Part shown: positions 22,343-34,138 of the stretch, one piece after another
How positions within the stretch are numbered: position 1 is the stretch's first letter
Layout: each line of letters opens with the position of its first letter
NCBI GenBank assembly: GCA_012862495.1
Contig: BLSG01000088.1
Coordinates: 79,658 to 115,358 of the forward strand
Length of the DNA stretch: 35,701 bases
Source: Thraustochytrium aureum
Taxonomy: Eukaryota
Direction of reading: 5' to 3'
The notes under the pieces: model-generated
The model's input: the letters and a program-made list of their open reading frames with translations, nothing else
Database searches by the model: none
Told to the model about the DNA's origin: nothing
Made by a program: the position numbers and the translations under genes

Positions 22343-23887
22343 CTATCTCGAGTCAAGCTCTTGGCCATCAGCCGAGTCTTGGGTGCTGCCGGACGGCTCG
22401 TTCGCATCGCGCTTGAGGTAGGATATCCTGCCAGTCCAGTGAATGAGCGCAGTATTCCCCATGGCTGCCGGGTTGACGTGGGGGAGCGCGTTGCGAATGC
22501 TGCCGCGGGTCTTGGCAATGGTCTGCGAAAATGTCGACACTGACGTGCCGATGTAGTGGCGCGCCTGGGCGCAGATCATTTGCTCGACCAGGCCGAAGAG
22601 GTCGCTGCGGATCTCTGACTTGGGCAGGTTGCGGTTGAAGTGGCGCAGCCAGCGCCGCACTGTGGGGTTTTCGGCGAGGTCGGTCTGAAAGACGATGCGC
22701 GGAAAGTGGTCTTTCAGCGCGGCAAAGTACTTGCTCGAGCTGTGGCCGTCCGTGGCCACGTAGACCGGGGTGTCGCGGGCGAAGCCGAACTTTGTGCTGG
22801 CGCGCACGAAGGCGCGCGAGTTGGCGCTGCTCTCCTGCTTGAGCTTCTTCACGTAGTCGCCCATTCGGATGTGGAAAGCGTTGAAGGCGGTTCCGTTGAA
22901 GACCTCGTGGCAGATGCGCTTCGAGAGCTCGCGCAGGTACGGACTGTAGCGAATGTACTTGTACAGGCCCGCTTTGCGCGCCCAGTACTTGGTGTAGAAT
23001 CGCCCTTCGTACCAGAGGAACTGTTTTTTGGACAAAGACCCTTGCGCGAGGTACTCTTTGAGGACCGACGGCGGCGCGCCGTAAAACCCGGTTCGTTTTG
23101 GCGCGTGGATAACGTCGACAAGCTTGGAGCTTTCCCGGCGCACGGCTTGCATCACGTCTTTGTGGAACTGGCGAAGCGTGATGTTGGTAGCGAGGAGCGG
23201 CACACCGAGAGCCTTTTCCATGAAGGGAAAGTCGAGGGCGTGGTCCATGGGGATGATGTCCTTTTGCTTGAGCGCATAGTAGCCCCACGCCATCGACGAG
23301 TGCTTGCCATTCGCCGGCACGATTAGCGTGCGCCCAAGCACTTTGGCCATGTGCGACGCGGACAGCAAGCACGACAGCTGGTTGTTGAACCCCCCAGACG
23401 GGCTATAGATCATGTACTTTTGGCTGGGATCGATCGCATTGTACGGTTTCGTGTCCGTGCGAGGCAGCGTCGAGACGCTCTGGTCCGCCGCGCCGGGGCT
23501 CTGCTCTCCAGGTCCAGACGCCTGCGTTGATTCCTCGTCGTCACTCTCGCCGGGCTCGCCGCTGACGAAGAGCCGCTCCGAGTCCACTTCGTCCAGCCCG
23601 TCGTCGTTGTCACTTTCTCCTATCACTTGCAAAACGGGGGCGAGCGCAACCTCTTCCTCATGCTCGTCCTGGTCTGCAACGTTTGGCTCGCCGCCGTCTT
23701 GCTCGCCCAGTCCCGCGCGCGCTCCTGCCTCTGCGCCGTCGTCAGACTCGGCCGAGTTGGAGCTCTTCGCGCTGACCACGAGGGTTGGGTCCTTGTCCTC
23801 GATCGTGGCCACTTCCTGCGCGAGATAAACCACCACAAAGGCGACGATGGCCAGCAGGACGAGTCGAACCTCGTTCATCCGCCCCAT
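22343..23887 (-). CDS. GDP-fucose O-fucosyltransferase-family protein (POFUT-like, GT-B fold), type II membrane protein
   Basis: N-terminal TM anchor (LVLLAIVAFVVVYLA) and an acidic stem, then SGGFNNQ, AFHIRMGDY, VYVATD and VEQMICAQARHYIGTSVSTFS motifs. Confidence 0.88.
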   Translation of the reverse strand: MGRMNEVRLVLLAIVAFVVVYLAQEVATIEDKDPTLVVSAKSSNSAESDDGAEAGARAGLGEQDGGEPNVADQDEHEEEVALAPVLQVIGESDNDDGLDEVDSERLFVSGEPGESDDEESTQASGPGEQSPGAADQSVSTLPRTDTKPYNAIDPSQKYMIYSPSGGFNNQLSCLLSASHMAKVLGRTLIVPANGKHSSMAWGYYALKQKDIIPMDHALDFPFMEKALGVPLLATNITLRQFHKDVMQAVRRESSKLVDVIHAPKRTGFYGAPPSVLKEYLAQGSLSKKQFLWYEGRFYTKYWARKAGLYKYIRYSPYLRELSKRICHEVFNGTAFNAFHIRMGDYVKKLKQESSANSRAFVRASTKFGFARDTPVYVATDGHSSSKYFAALKDHFPRIVFQTDLAENPTVRRWLRHFNRNLPKSEIRSDLFGLVEQMICAQARHYIGTSVSTFSQTIAKTRGSIRNALPHVNPAAMGNTALIHWTGRISYLKRDANEPSGSTQDSADGQELDSR

Positions 23888-24673
23888 CCCGGCGAGCAAA
23901 TGCCCTCGCGACGTCGGCCCCGCGAGCGTCCGTCCACCAGCAGCCAGCCCGTCACGTGCTGCACCGCACCATCAAAGGCCGCAGCGCCCTCCGTTCGCGA
24001 TGGGCAAGCCAGAACGAGCGTGTGGATGCCGAGGGCGTGATGCCGGCCCGCAGCAGGACCGACACCAGCGGCTGCGGGAGCGCGAACCGCCAGGTCAGAC
24101 GCGCGTCGCGTGGCAAGTGCCGGTGGCCGAGTCGATCGCGTGGAGCACGCCAGGAGCTGGCGCGGTGCGAGTGGTGGAGGCGGGCTCTATCCGTCTGTAT
24201 GTTTCCAACGCATGCATGTATGTTTAGGTGCCTCGTTGGGTGACCGCCTGGCTGCCCGTGCATGCGCCGTCGTCGATGGCGTGTGAGCGGTCGATCGATC
24301 GATCAGGCTCTGTCTGCATCATGGTGGTCGTCTCCACGGCGCAGCGGAGTAACACGGTAGATTCACCTGGTCACAATGTCGAAAAAAAGTAATTATTTAC
24401 CGAATGCGGGATGGGCATTCGTGAAAGAAAAGAAACTGTTGTAGCGCTTCACGGAGTAAGTAGCTAGGTTGTGTTTTGCTCCGGCTGAAGGTCGGCCGTC
24501 ACGGCGTCGGCTTTTCCGTTCGGACGTTTTTGCTTCCTTGAGCACACTTGAAAATGCTTGAAAGTGCTTGAAATGTAGTAGTGAGATGAATGAGGTTGTT
24601 GTTCTTTGTTCTTCGGAGCCGTGGGGAACAGGAGCCGTTCATGCCATCCATGATGCGGATCATGCGGCTCTTG

Positions 24674-24678
<5 letters not shown>

Positions 24679-24704
<26 letters not shown>

Positions 24705-24710
24705 ATGGAT
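24679..24710. repeat. (GGAT)8 microsatellite
   Basis: Eight perfect GGAT units read directly. Confidence 0.95.
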
Positions 24711-26506
24711 GGCTGGTTGGGCTTGCTTGCGGCGATGCCTGGCTTGGCGAATCCAATGCCAATGGGAGTTGCTGTTTCGAACATCAAATTCAACTCTTTC
24801 CTCGTCCTTCGTCCTTGCTTTCTTGTCGACAAGCGTCCCCGTTGCCTCGCGTCGATTGCCTCGGCGTTGCCAGAATCGACATACCTACCGACTATCCCGG
24901 GCCTGTGATTCGTCACAGGCTCTGGAGCTCTTACAGCGGGCAGAATCAGTGTCGCAACAAGACTCTGGCGTGCGGTCCACTGGCGGTGAGAACAACTCGT
25001 CAAGGCCGACGCTCGCCGTCAACGAGTTCCGCCTCTCACCACGTGCAGAGCCGTCACGATCTGGCGCCGAGTAGGTAAGTACTCAATGCTCGAGCAGCTG
25101 CACTCGAGCGCCCTTGATAAAACTATCAACACAAGAGCGTGCGCTGCGAGGACCGCCGGCGGTTGGGCAGGCTGGCCGGGGCTGCACAACGCGGCTCGCG
25201 TGGGTGGGAACGTGAGCATGGCGATCGGGTGGCGATCGCCATGCACTCTCTCGCTCCAAGCTGGGCTCGGCGATGATTCGCGGCATGTCCGTCAGTAGCT
25301 GCGCAGAGAAGCAGCCGTGATGCAACTGCGTTTCCAGAGCTGCACCCTGCGGCGCGGATCTTGCCACGATCCTCCTTGCCAAGCGCTTCGCATTCACTCG
25401 CGAATGGCTGGCGTAAGGGTAGGAAGGTAGTAGCTCTCGAGTCATGCTCTGACCAAGGAGCTCTGACCTGCTGACTGACTCGTAGAGTGAGTACGAGCAA
25501 GTGCGTACTTCCACATGGCGTTGGACGATCAATCGGAGCAGTGAGTGATGCGAGGCGCGCCACCCACCTTGTGTCCCAGCTCGATTGAGCGCACACCCCG
25601 GCTGAGCCCCGTGGACAGGCTTCGCATCGAGAGAAGAGAGCTTGGTACTTCCTGGCAGCCGTGCCACATTCCGCCACGACCGCGTCGCAGTCGCCCCCAG
25701 TCCGCGCGGCGCTCACAGGCCGACCAAAGCGATAGCGTCTACCGTGCGAAACGCGGACTGCCGGCCTCCGCGGAGTGCCACGCAGCCCCCTGGCGCTTGC
25801 AGTCGCGACGAGAGCACAGGCGCAGCTCCGCAATAATCTACAGCGCTGCGGCGTAACACGTGGCCGCGGGAGATAGAGGGTCGACGGTGCGGATCCTGCG
25901 CTCGCGAGGTCTCGTAGGTCAGCCACATCTTTGGCGAGCCCCTCTCAAACGGGGTTTCTCGGACCGGCGGAATCTCCTCTCTGGCAAGCAGCAGGCGAAG
26001 GCCATGAGGGTCGACGGCGTGAGGGCGCCGCTCAAGACTGCGAGAGTTGTGCAGTCTATTCAGAGGGGATACCGACAACGGCGGTACACTTCGCTCGCGC
26101 GCCTCTCTCTGCGCGTGAGATTGTTCATTTTCGGTTGAAGTTCACAAATGTCCACGTGGCGGGCCTGTGAGGAGAGCCGAGGCCCGGCAGTGAAGGCCAG
26201 CGAAGCGCCAGATCCGAATCCCCTCGCCCTCACAGGCCCCCCGCCCGCCGCTGCAGGTATGGGGAAGTACCCTCTCATCTGCGCGCGACTCTTGAGCGAG
26301 GCGGCCCGCGGGGGTTTGGGAGGGGCGGGCGCGTTTTGGGCTTCTGCGAGCTGTCCATGCAGGAGCACGAGCTGCCCGTGGAATTCGGGGTGAATACCAT
26401 ACTGTCAGAAAGAGTCTGCCTTTTCCATTCTCGTGGGCTCCGGTTCATGCCAAACACCTTTCGGCGCCGAGCTCGACACCCACGACGCGAGTGCGTCCGT
26501 CCGTGC

Positions 26507-26549
26507 CATCCATCCATCCATCCGCCCGTGGCATCCGCCCGTGGCATCC
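26507..26549. repeat. (CCAT)n tract followed by a 13-bp tandem repeat (ccgcccgtggcat x2) running into the gap; probably intronic
   Basis: Read directly. Preceded by a donor-like GTGCGT at 26491. Confidence 0.75.
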
Positions 26550-26733
26550 NNNNNNNNNNNNNNNNNNNNNNNNNNNNNNNNNNNNNNNNNNNNNNNNNNN
26601 NNNNNNNNNNNNNNNNNNNNNNNNNNNNNNNNNNNNNNNNNNNNNNNNNNNNNNNNNNNNNNNNNNNNNNNNNNNNNNNNNNNNNNNNNNNNNNNNNNNN
26701 NNNNNNNNNNNNNNNNNNNNNNNNNNNNNNNNN

Positions 26734-27845
26734 CTGGGACGCAAGCACAAGTGCTGCCTGATTACCCCCGCGCCCACCAAATTCCCCACGAAGAAGCCGA
26801 CGCGGTCGCCGACCCGCAAACCTACCAAGTTCCCAACGCGGAGCCCAACCACGCCCAAACCAACCAAGTCGCCCACGCTCAAGCCGAGCAAGAGCCCAAC
26901 CACGCCCAATCCCACCAGGTCGCCGACCCCGAGCCCAACAGACCCAACGCCGTTCCCAACGCGCGCCCCCACGACCCGGATCCCCACTGCGTCGCCGATC
27001 GTGCCGCGCGACCTCTGCACCGAAACAGACGAAACGGCGTGGAAAAAAGGCTGCGCTCGCCAGCCCGCGGCACTTCGACCGTGACATCCAGGCGTGCGGC
27101 GAGACGTGTGCGTACGATGTGCTAACCAGCGAGCTGACCATCACCGATTGCGTGGCCAGGTGCATGAGGGACGACTCGACAACTCGCAAGCCAGAGTCGG
27201 ACCCTTACACCCGGTACTGCGCCTTGTGCTTTGGCCGCTACACCGAGTGCATGGTCAGGGATTGCGATTGCCCGCTCGTCCGCGAAACATCTGATCTCTG
27301 CGTCACCTGCAGCATTGAAAAGTGCGAAACCGACTTTAACGCGTGCTCTGGCCGAGGAATGACTGTCCCAGTCTTCATTGCAGGAAAGGTCACCGTCGAG
27401 CTCCCCGAAAACGTTATCTACATCATTATTGGGTGCGCGGGGGGCGCGGTGGCTCTGATTGTTGGCATGTCGGCGGTGATCGCCGTTCGCCGCAGGAGGA
27501 AACCCACAGACGAGCTCGCAAAGTACGCCGATGGAATTACACCTACCAAGCACGACTCGTATTCGTCGTCCAACCCGCTCTTTCCCAGGGAACGCTGCTG
27601 CCGGTCCTGTCGCGCTCACAGCGCCGCAGTTCGCGCAGCTCGCCAGCAGCGGCGGGCCGCGCAGCTTTGTCGTGGTGCACGCGTTCACCTCCGAGTTCGA
27701 CGACGAGCTATCCGCCGCGGCCGGCGAGAACGTGACCGGCGTCAACCCGGTGGACGAGACGGGCGAGTGGTGGTACTGCAAGAACGAGGCTGGCGCGGAG
27801 GGCATGATTCCCACCGTAAACCTCGGCCTGCCCAGCGATGTCTAA
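26734..27845 (+). CDS. Single-pass receptor-like protein: Pro/Thr mucin-like stalk, Cys-rich domain, TM helix, cytoplasmic SH3 domain; frameshifts at ~27045 and ~27583; N-terminus in or before the gap
   Basis: Three consecutive frames give [14 protein letters not shown]... repeats, then a Cys-rich segment (CGETC...CVARC...CALC...CVTCSIEKC...C), [27 protein letters not shown] + RRRRK, and SH3-like [15 protein letters not shown]...[17 protein letters not shown]. Stop TAA at 27843-27845. Confidence 0.8.
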
Positions 27846-28750
27846 GGCGGGGCGCTCTGCTCGCCCCTCCTCGATGCTCTGCCTATTGTTCGTTTACTCT
27901 TTTTTACCATCAATCAATGTTCGCCCGTGTCCTGCGCGTCCCCGACCTCGACTCTGTCGCCAGAAGTCCCAGCCATCCATGGCCAGAATCGCCCGCCATC
28001 CCGCCTGACNNNNNNNNNNNNNNNNNNNNNNNNNNNNNNNNNNNNNNNNNNNNNNNNNNNNNNNNNNNNNNNNNNNNNNNNNNNNNNNNNNNNNNNNNNN
28101 NNNNNNNNNNNNNNNNNNNNNNNNNNNNNNNNNNNNNNNNNNNNNNNNNNNNNNNNNNNNNNNNNNNNNNNNNNNNNNNNNNNNNNNNNNNNNNNNNNNN
28201 NNNNNNNNNNNNNNNNNNNNNNNNNNNNNNNNNNNNNNNNNNNNNNNNNNNNNNNNNNNNNNNNNNNNNNNNNNNNNNNNNNNNNNNNNNNNNNNNNNNN
28301 NNNNNNNNNNNNNNNNNNNNNNNNNNNNNNNNNNNNNNNNNNNNNNNNNNNNNNNNNNNNNNNNNNNNNNNNNNNNNNNNNNNNNNNNNNNNNNNNNNNN
28401 NNNNNNNNNNNNNNNNNNNNNNNNNNNNNNNNNNNNNNNNNNNNNNNNNNNNNNNNNNNNNNNNNNNNNNNNNNNNNNNNNNNNNNNNNNNNNNNNNNNN
28501 NNNNNNNNNNNNNNNNNNNNNNNNNNNNNNNNNNNNNNNNNNNNNNNNNNNNNNNNNNNNNNNNNNNNNNNNNNNNNNNNNNNNNNNNNNNNNNNNNNNN
28601 NNNNNNNNNNNNNNNNNNNNNNNNNNNNNNNNNNNNNNNNNNNNNNNNNNNNNNNNNNNNNNNNNNNNNNNNNNNNNNNNNNNNNNNNNNNNNNNNNNNN
28701 NNNNNNNNNNNNNNNNNNNNNNNNNNNNNNNNNNNNNNNNNNNNNNNNNN

Positions 28751-30857
28751 TGACAAACTCGATCGGAAACGTCTTGCAGCGCCGCGCTAGCGTCACGTTC
28801 GGGTGCACCGCGCGATCGAGGTTGACGGGGAGCAGCTGGTTGTTGACGATGTGCCGCGTCTGCTGAAACCACCACAGCGACACGAGGTTGAGGACCTGGC
28901 CCTTGAAGGGGATCTTGGCCAGCGGCCGGTCGAACGCTGTGAGCCGGTCGGTCGTGATCAGCACCACGTTCTCGCCGTCGTCGTACCTGTCGCGCACCTT
29001 GCCGACGTACGTCTCGACTTTGTCCTGGCCGCCGCGCGGCTCGAGCACCAGCCGCGTTTCGTCGAGCGTGTGCCCGATCGCAGCACGAATTCGCGGCAGG
29101 TACTGGTAGGTCTTGTCCTTGTGCTGGTACTCGGTCAAGTACGCCGCGTGCTTGACGTCTTCAAGGTGCGCTGCCTTGTCGAGCACGCTCTGCTCCTGTT
29201 CGGCGTGGAACGCGTCCAGCTCGCCGCGGAGCCGCTGCGCAAGGCCGGGGCCAGGGGCGCTCGCCAGCATGCGGACCGCGAGCAAGCCCGCGTTCATGGC
29301 GTTCCCAATCGCCACAGTCGCCACGGGGACGCCGCGCGGCATCTGCACGATCGACAGCAACGAGTCTTGCCCGTTTAGCGTGCTGGTCTTGATCGGAACG
29401 CCGATCACTGGCAGCGGAGTGAGAGCAGCCACCATCCCGGGCAGGTGCGCGGCGCCGCCGGCGCCGGCAACCAGCACTTGCAGGCCCCTCGCGCGGGCCT
29501 GCTTGGCGTACGAGAACATGCGGTCCGGCGTGCGGTGCGCGGACACCACCGTCAGCTCGTACGGGACCGCAAACTNNNNNNNNNNNNNNNNNNNNNNNNN
29601 NNNNNNNNNNNNNNNNNNNNNNNNNNNNNNNNNNNNNNNNNNNNNNNNNNNNNNNNNNNNNNNNNNNNNNNNNNNNNNNNNNNNNNNNNNNNNNNNNNNN
29701 NNNNNNNNNNNNNNNNNNNNNNNNNNNNNNNNNNNNNNNNNNNNNNNNNNNNNNNNNNNNNNNNNNNNNNNNNNNNNNNNNNNNNNNNNNNNNNNNNNNN
29801 NNNNNNNNNNNNNTCCCGTACCAGTGAATCTTGGCCCCGGGCACGTTGAGCGGGCCTTGGAGCGCAGCCAAGGTCTCCGCTTCGGACTGCGCCCCCAAAA
29901 TGTTGATCATCGCGGCGGCCCCGACACGCAGGCTCGTGTCCCCCAGTGGCAGCCCAGCCACACACCGGACGTGCTGCTCGAACTGGCTCGTCACGCACGC
30001 CTCGATCGAAAGGTGGCCAGAGTTGTGTGGGCGCGGCGCCATCTCGTTGAAGAGCACGCGGTCGCCGCCCATCCAAAACATCTCGACGGCAAACACGCCG
30101 GCGCCTTTGACCGCCTTCACGGCGCGGACTGCAACGCGCTGGGCCTCGGCGCGCGCGGACTCGGGCAGGTCGAACGAGGGCGGCACCACAACGATGCGGC
30201 AGATGTTGTCGGCTTGGCGGGTCTCCACGATGTCGTAGCACAGCGTTTGCCATTCACGTCGCGGGCCACGATGCAGGCCAGCTCGGCGCGAAACGGGGCC
30301 CAGCGCTCCAGGTAGACGCCACCTGCCTGCACGGCGCCGCCCAGGGAGGCGAGAGCTGCGCCAATGTCGGCGGCGCTCTGCACCACGGCGTTGCCCTTGC
30401 CGTCGTAGGCCATCTTGCGGCTCTTGAGCATGACGGGAAACCCGCCAAGCTCGGCGTTCGTCTTGGCCTCGATCGCGGCCTCCGTCGCCTCCACGACGGC
30501 GTAGTCGACCACCGGGACTCCGGCAGCAACCATCCTGTCCTTCTGGACCGCCTTGTCGCTGATCACGCGCAGCGTCTCGGAAGCAGGGTGCACTTGCCTG
30601 CCCAGCTTCTCCAGCTCGCCCAGCGCGTCCACGTTGACGTGCTCGATCTCCACCGTGACGACGTCGCCGACCATGCCGAGCACCTTGTCGCGGTCCATGA
30701 AGGACCCCTCGACCACCTCGCACACCGGCGCGGCAGCGGCGTCGGCTCCGCTCGGGTCAAGGCAGACTATCTTGATGCCCAGCCGATGCGCGTCGAGCGC
30801 CATCATGCGGCCCAGCTGGCCGCCGCCGAGCACGCCCACGACCTTGTTGGTCGCCAT
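28751..30857 (-). CDS. ADE2-ADE1 (purK-purE-purC): Trifunctional purine biosynthesis protein: N5-CAIR synthetase (PurK) + N5-CAIR mutase (PurE) + SAICAR synthetase (PurC); frameshift at ~30247, internal gap, C-terminus in the gap
   Basis: Pur[51 protein letters not shown]. Pur[40 protein letters not shown]. Then in frame with no stop, Pur[31 protein letters not shown]. Confidence 0.92.
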
Positions 30858-31107
30858 CTCGGCCGGCCGGGGAATCCAACGCAACCCTGCTGCGGCGCCA
30901 GAGCCCGCACGACCTGCAGCGACGTGGACGCGCGCGCCTGGCCTTCGTGCGTGTGCAGCTCTGCGCTTCTTGCGCCGTCGTCGGCTCGAGCGATGCGGGA
31001 CTGCGGCCGGGGTCGACGGACGCGAGCGGAATGTGAGGATGTGTGGTCGCCGCGCGTTTGAAACAGATGCACGCAAAAAACACCAGGGCGCTGCGCCGCT
31101 CGCGTCG

Positions 31108-31138
<31 letters not shown>

Positions 31139-31146
31139 TGTCTGCC
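31108..31146. repeat. (GCCT)7(GTCT)2 microsatellite
   Basis: Read directly, ~250 bp upstream of the purine gene ATG. Confidence 0.9.
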
Positions 31147-32700
31147 GGCCTGTTTTGCGGGGATGGGCCGTGCTGTGGCTGCCACACGGCGGCGCGCAGA
31201 GGAGGCAGACGGAGGTGCGGGACACCTATGTATCTAGTTGTATCTTGCCCGCCCACCCGCCCGCCCGTGAACGGTGTTGCTTGCTGCGGCCAGAGATTGG
31301 GCTTGCGAGGTGTGCCCTGCCACGGACGCGCTCGTTCGTGCGAGGGCGGCGCTGTAGTGGAGGTTGATGACATGGGCAGCAAGCATCCACTTGCCTTCAG
31401 CCGTGACGCTCGGCGCGTCACGTTCTCGTCACTCGCTACCGACTACGCAAGAGTCTGGGCCTGCGCACCGCGCTGGCGCTGATTCGTGCCGTGACCAACA
31501 CAGGCGCATTTATGAGCGGGACAAGCGGAAGAGCTGTGGCGCAGTCCTGTTGCTGCGCTTTGAGGACTCGCGAGCCGGCCGTGCAGCCCCCGCGTCGTAC
31601 TGAGGCCTGTGCTGGCCTGCATTCCACGTCCCGGCCATTCGCTTCTGCGCCGCCGCGGCGACGCAGGAAAGCCGTTCGCGGTCGTAGGAAAGGAATCCCA
31701 ACGAGCTGCACAGGTAGGTAGATCTCGGAAGAGCAGAGGCTTGCAAAGGCCGGGAGCTCGATGATGCTCTGCAAAGGCGTCATCCTTGACGATCTTGAGG
31801 CGACCCATGGCCACTCGTTAGGCTGCATCATTTCTGTTCAATTGAAATGGAACGTCCTCCACGCTCGCGAGGCCAAAACCCACAGGCAGCGGCTGGCTCG
31901 CTGAAGATTGCCTCGCGAATGACGGACGGCTTTCCGACGTTGATTCGAAACGCCCGCGACAAACTTGTTGACGCGGCCACCCGCGGATCCAAAGAGTTGC
32001 ATCAAGCTGCAATGCCTTGACGAGCACACAGGATTGATTGTTGGCGAGGGATCTGTAGGAAGAAGGTCTTGCCGGCGAGCGACACGCTATGCAGCTGCAT
32101 GCCCATGCGCTTGCTGTTTTGGGTCATACTCGTGTGGGCCGCCCTGCGCGACCCTGTCGAGCGCTGCTTGTCCACGCGAACAATGCTCGCGCTCCCCCTC
32201 GCATGACAGCTAAGTAAACACTTGCCACATGGCCGGATAGGCCCGTCGGCACAGGAAGGAACGAGTGCAGCAACAACGCGCAAGCTAAGTAGAGCTCCAC
32301 CAGCACTGGACTGGCAGACCGTTGTCCTGTTCTCTCATCCTAAGCAAGTACTTCGTCGAGCAAGCCTTCGGCTGCGGGTTGATGCTCGCCAGGCGCGTTG
32401 GTCCTCGAGAGTCGTTCGCCGTTCGCTTCAATGGTGATCAAGGGCTTGTTCCCCCTCGCCGGCGCGATGGAAGCGCAGGACGCGCCAGGAGCGATTCGGC
32501 GGCGACATCTGGGCGGCCAAGGCCTCGAGCATTGCATTCCGGCAGTCTCTAGCTAGGTATCTCTGTGGAGAGCGAGCGACTCGTTGCTTTGACGTCCGCG
32601 CACGCGTTCGCCGCGGCTGATCGCGGACGGCGGCGCCTGCGTGACTTGCTTGGGTCTGGTGGCTTGCTGGCCGGCGCGCAAGCACGAACGGCGCGCGGGG

Positions 32701-33588
32701 ATGAGCGGTTCGGCCTACGGCGCTGTGGGCCAGAATGGATCGGCGGTCGGCATGGCCAGGGACATGGGCAAGGCGAGGAAGGCGTACCAGGTGAATGATG
32801 TGAATGCGTCGATACTGGCGCACCAGACCAAGTCGCACGCAGACGAAGGCCACCGCGAGGCCGGGGACTTCATCAAGAGCATCGTGTACGGCGGCCTGGA
32901 CGGCGTGCTGACGGCGTTTGCGCTCGTGAGCGGGGCCGCTGGCGGCAGCTTGCCGCCGACCACTGTGCTGATCCTGGGCGTGAGCAACATCGTTGCTGAC
33001 GCCTTTTCCATGGGCGTCGGGGATGTCACCTCCACGAAGGCGTACAACGACCACGTCGCCCAGGAGCGGAGGCGCGAGTGCTGGGAGTTCGAAAACTTCC
33101 CGGAAGGAGAGGTGGAGGAAATGATCGACCTGTACGAGTCGCGCGGGCTGCCCCGCAGCAAGGCCGAGGTGGTGGTCAAAACCATGGCCAAGTACACTGA
33201 CTTTTTCATCGACATCATGATGGTCGAGGAGCTCAAACTCAAGGTCCCTGACGCGGACGACAACCCGTACAAGGATGGGTTTGTGACCTTTCTCTCCTTT
33301 CTCGTATTTGGGATGATGCCGCTGCTTGGGTATATTGCCGTTCCGCTCTTGGCGCCGGAGACGGAGCCCGCGACGCTGTTCCTGTCGGCGTGCATCTGCA
33401 CGATGCTGGTGCTGTTCGGTCTTGGCAGTTTCAAGGCACGGTTCTCCGCGACCAAGTGGTATTGGAGCGGCTTGGAGTTTTTGCTGCTGGGCTCGGCCGC
33501 GGCCACCACGTCGTACTTTATTGGGTACTTTGTCAAGGAGCTCGCGGAAGACTTGCTCGGCGAGGGAGCTGCGGCAGTGCCTTTGTAG
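32701..33588 (+). CDS. VIT1: VIT1/CCC1-family vacuolar iron/manganese transporter
   Basis: Motifs KSIVYGGLDG and NIVADAFSMGVGD, a Glu-rich metal-binding region ERRRECWEFENFPEGEVEEM...MMVEEL, FLSFLVFGMMPLL, and five TM helices. First ATG at 32701. Confidence 0.93.
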   Translation: MSGSAYGAVGQNGSAVGMARDMGKARKAYQVNDVNASILAHQTKSHADEGHREAGDFIKSIVYGGLDGVLTAFALVSGAAGGSLPPTTVLILGVSNIVADAFSMGVGDVTSTKAYNDHVAQERRRECWEFENFPEGEVEEMIDLYESRGLPRSKAEVVVKTMAKYTDFFIDIMMVEELKLKVPDADDNPYKDGFVTFLSFLVFGMMPLLGYIAVPLLAPETEPATLFLSACICTMLVLFGLGSFKARFSATKWYWSGLEFLLLGSAAATTSYFIGYFVKELAEDLLGEGAAAVPL

Positions 33589-34138
33589 CAGGCGCTTGCG
33601 ATCCCCGCCGGGGCAGGAGCGAGCGCGAGCGCGCGTCGTCGCGGCGAGGTGGGCGCCCTTGCATGACTCTAGCCGCACGAGGTCGACTGCGGCTTGGCGG
33701 TTCGGCGTCGGACGCACAGCAAGAGAGGAAGCCGCGGTCGAGATCGAGCGCGGTCGCGCGCGACGCGGCGTTGCACTTGGCCGGTGTCCGCTGCATGGTC
33801 GTGTCGAGGCGTCCTGTTGGCACCACACTTTGAGGCATTGCAGGCCTCCAAGAGAACCACAAAACAAACAAAAGCAAGACTACAGCTTTAAAAAAAATCA
33901 AGCAAGCAAGTTGAAGGTTTGTTCACAGATTCGCGCAAAACGCGCAGACACAAAACTGGGCAGGTGAGTGCCTCCAAACGAGACACCTAGAGTACCATAC
34001 GCTTCATAAAGCGGAAAATCACGGGCGCATCCGCCTGGAGAAGGCCTTCCAAAGCCCCCAGCCAGAAAACGGACGCTCGGCCCTCGTGCGCTGGCCCCGC
34101 ATCGGGCTTCTTCGAGGGCGCGGAGGCCGCAGCTCCGC

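Noticed and set aside
24400..26200. Possible gene or pseudogene in the 1.8-kb region between the fucosyltransferase and mucin-SH3 genes
   Set aside because: Several 100-260 aa ORFs occur but none has a recognisable motif or consistent frame; I cannot support a call.
31400..32600. Possible decayed coding sequence between the purine gene and VIT1
   Set aside because: Only short, stop-interrupted ORFs with no identifiable family.
1142..33867. Many long antisense or alternate-frame ORFs (e.g. 1142-2050, 13996-15309, 19757-20866, 30553-31482, 32428-33867)
   Set aside because: They overlap well-supported genes, lack recognisable motifs, and are expected shadows in high-GC coding DNA.
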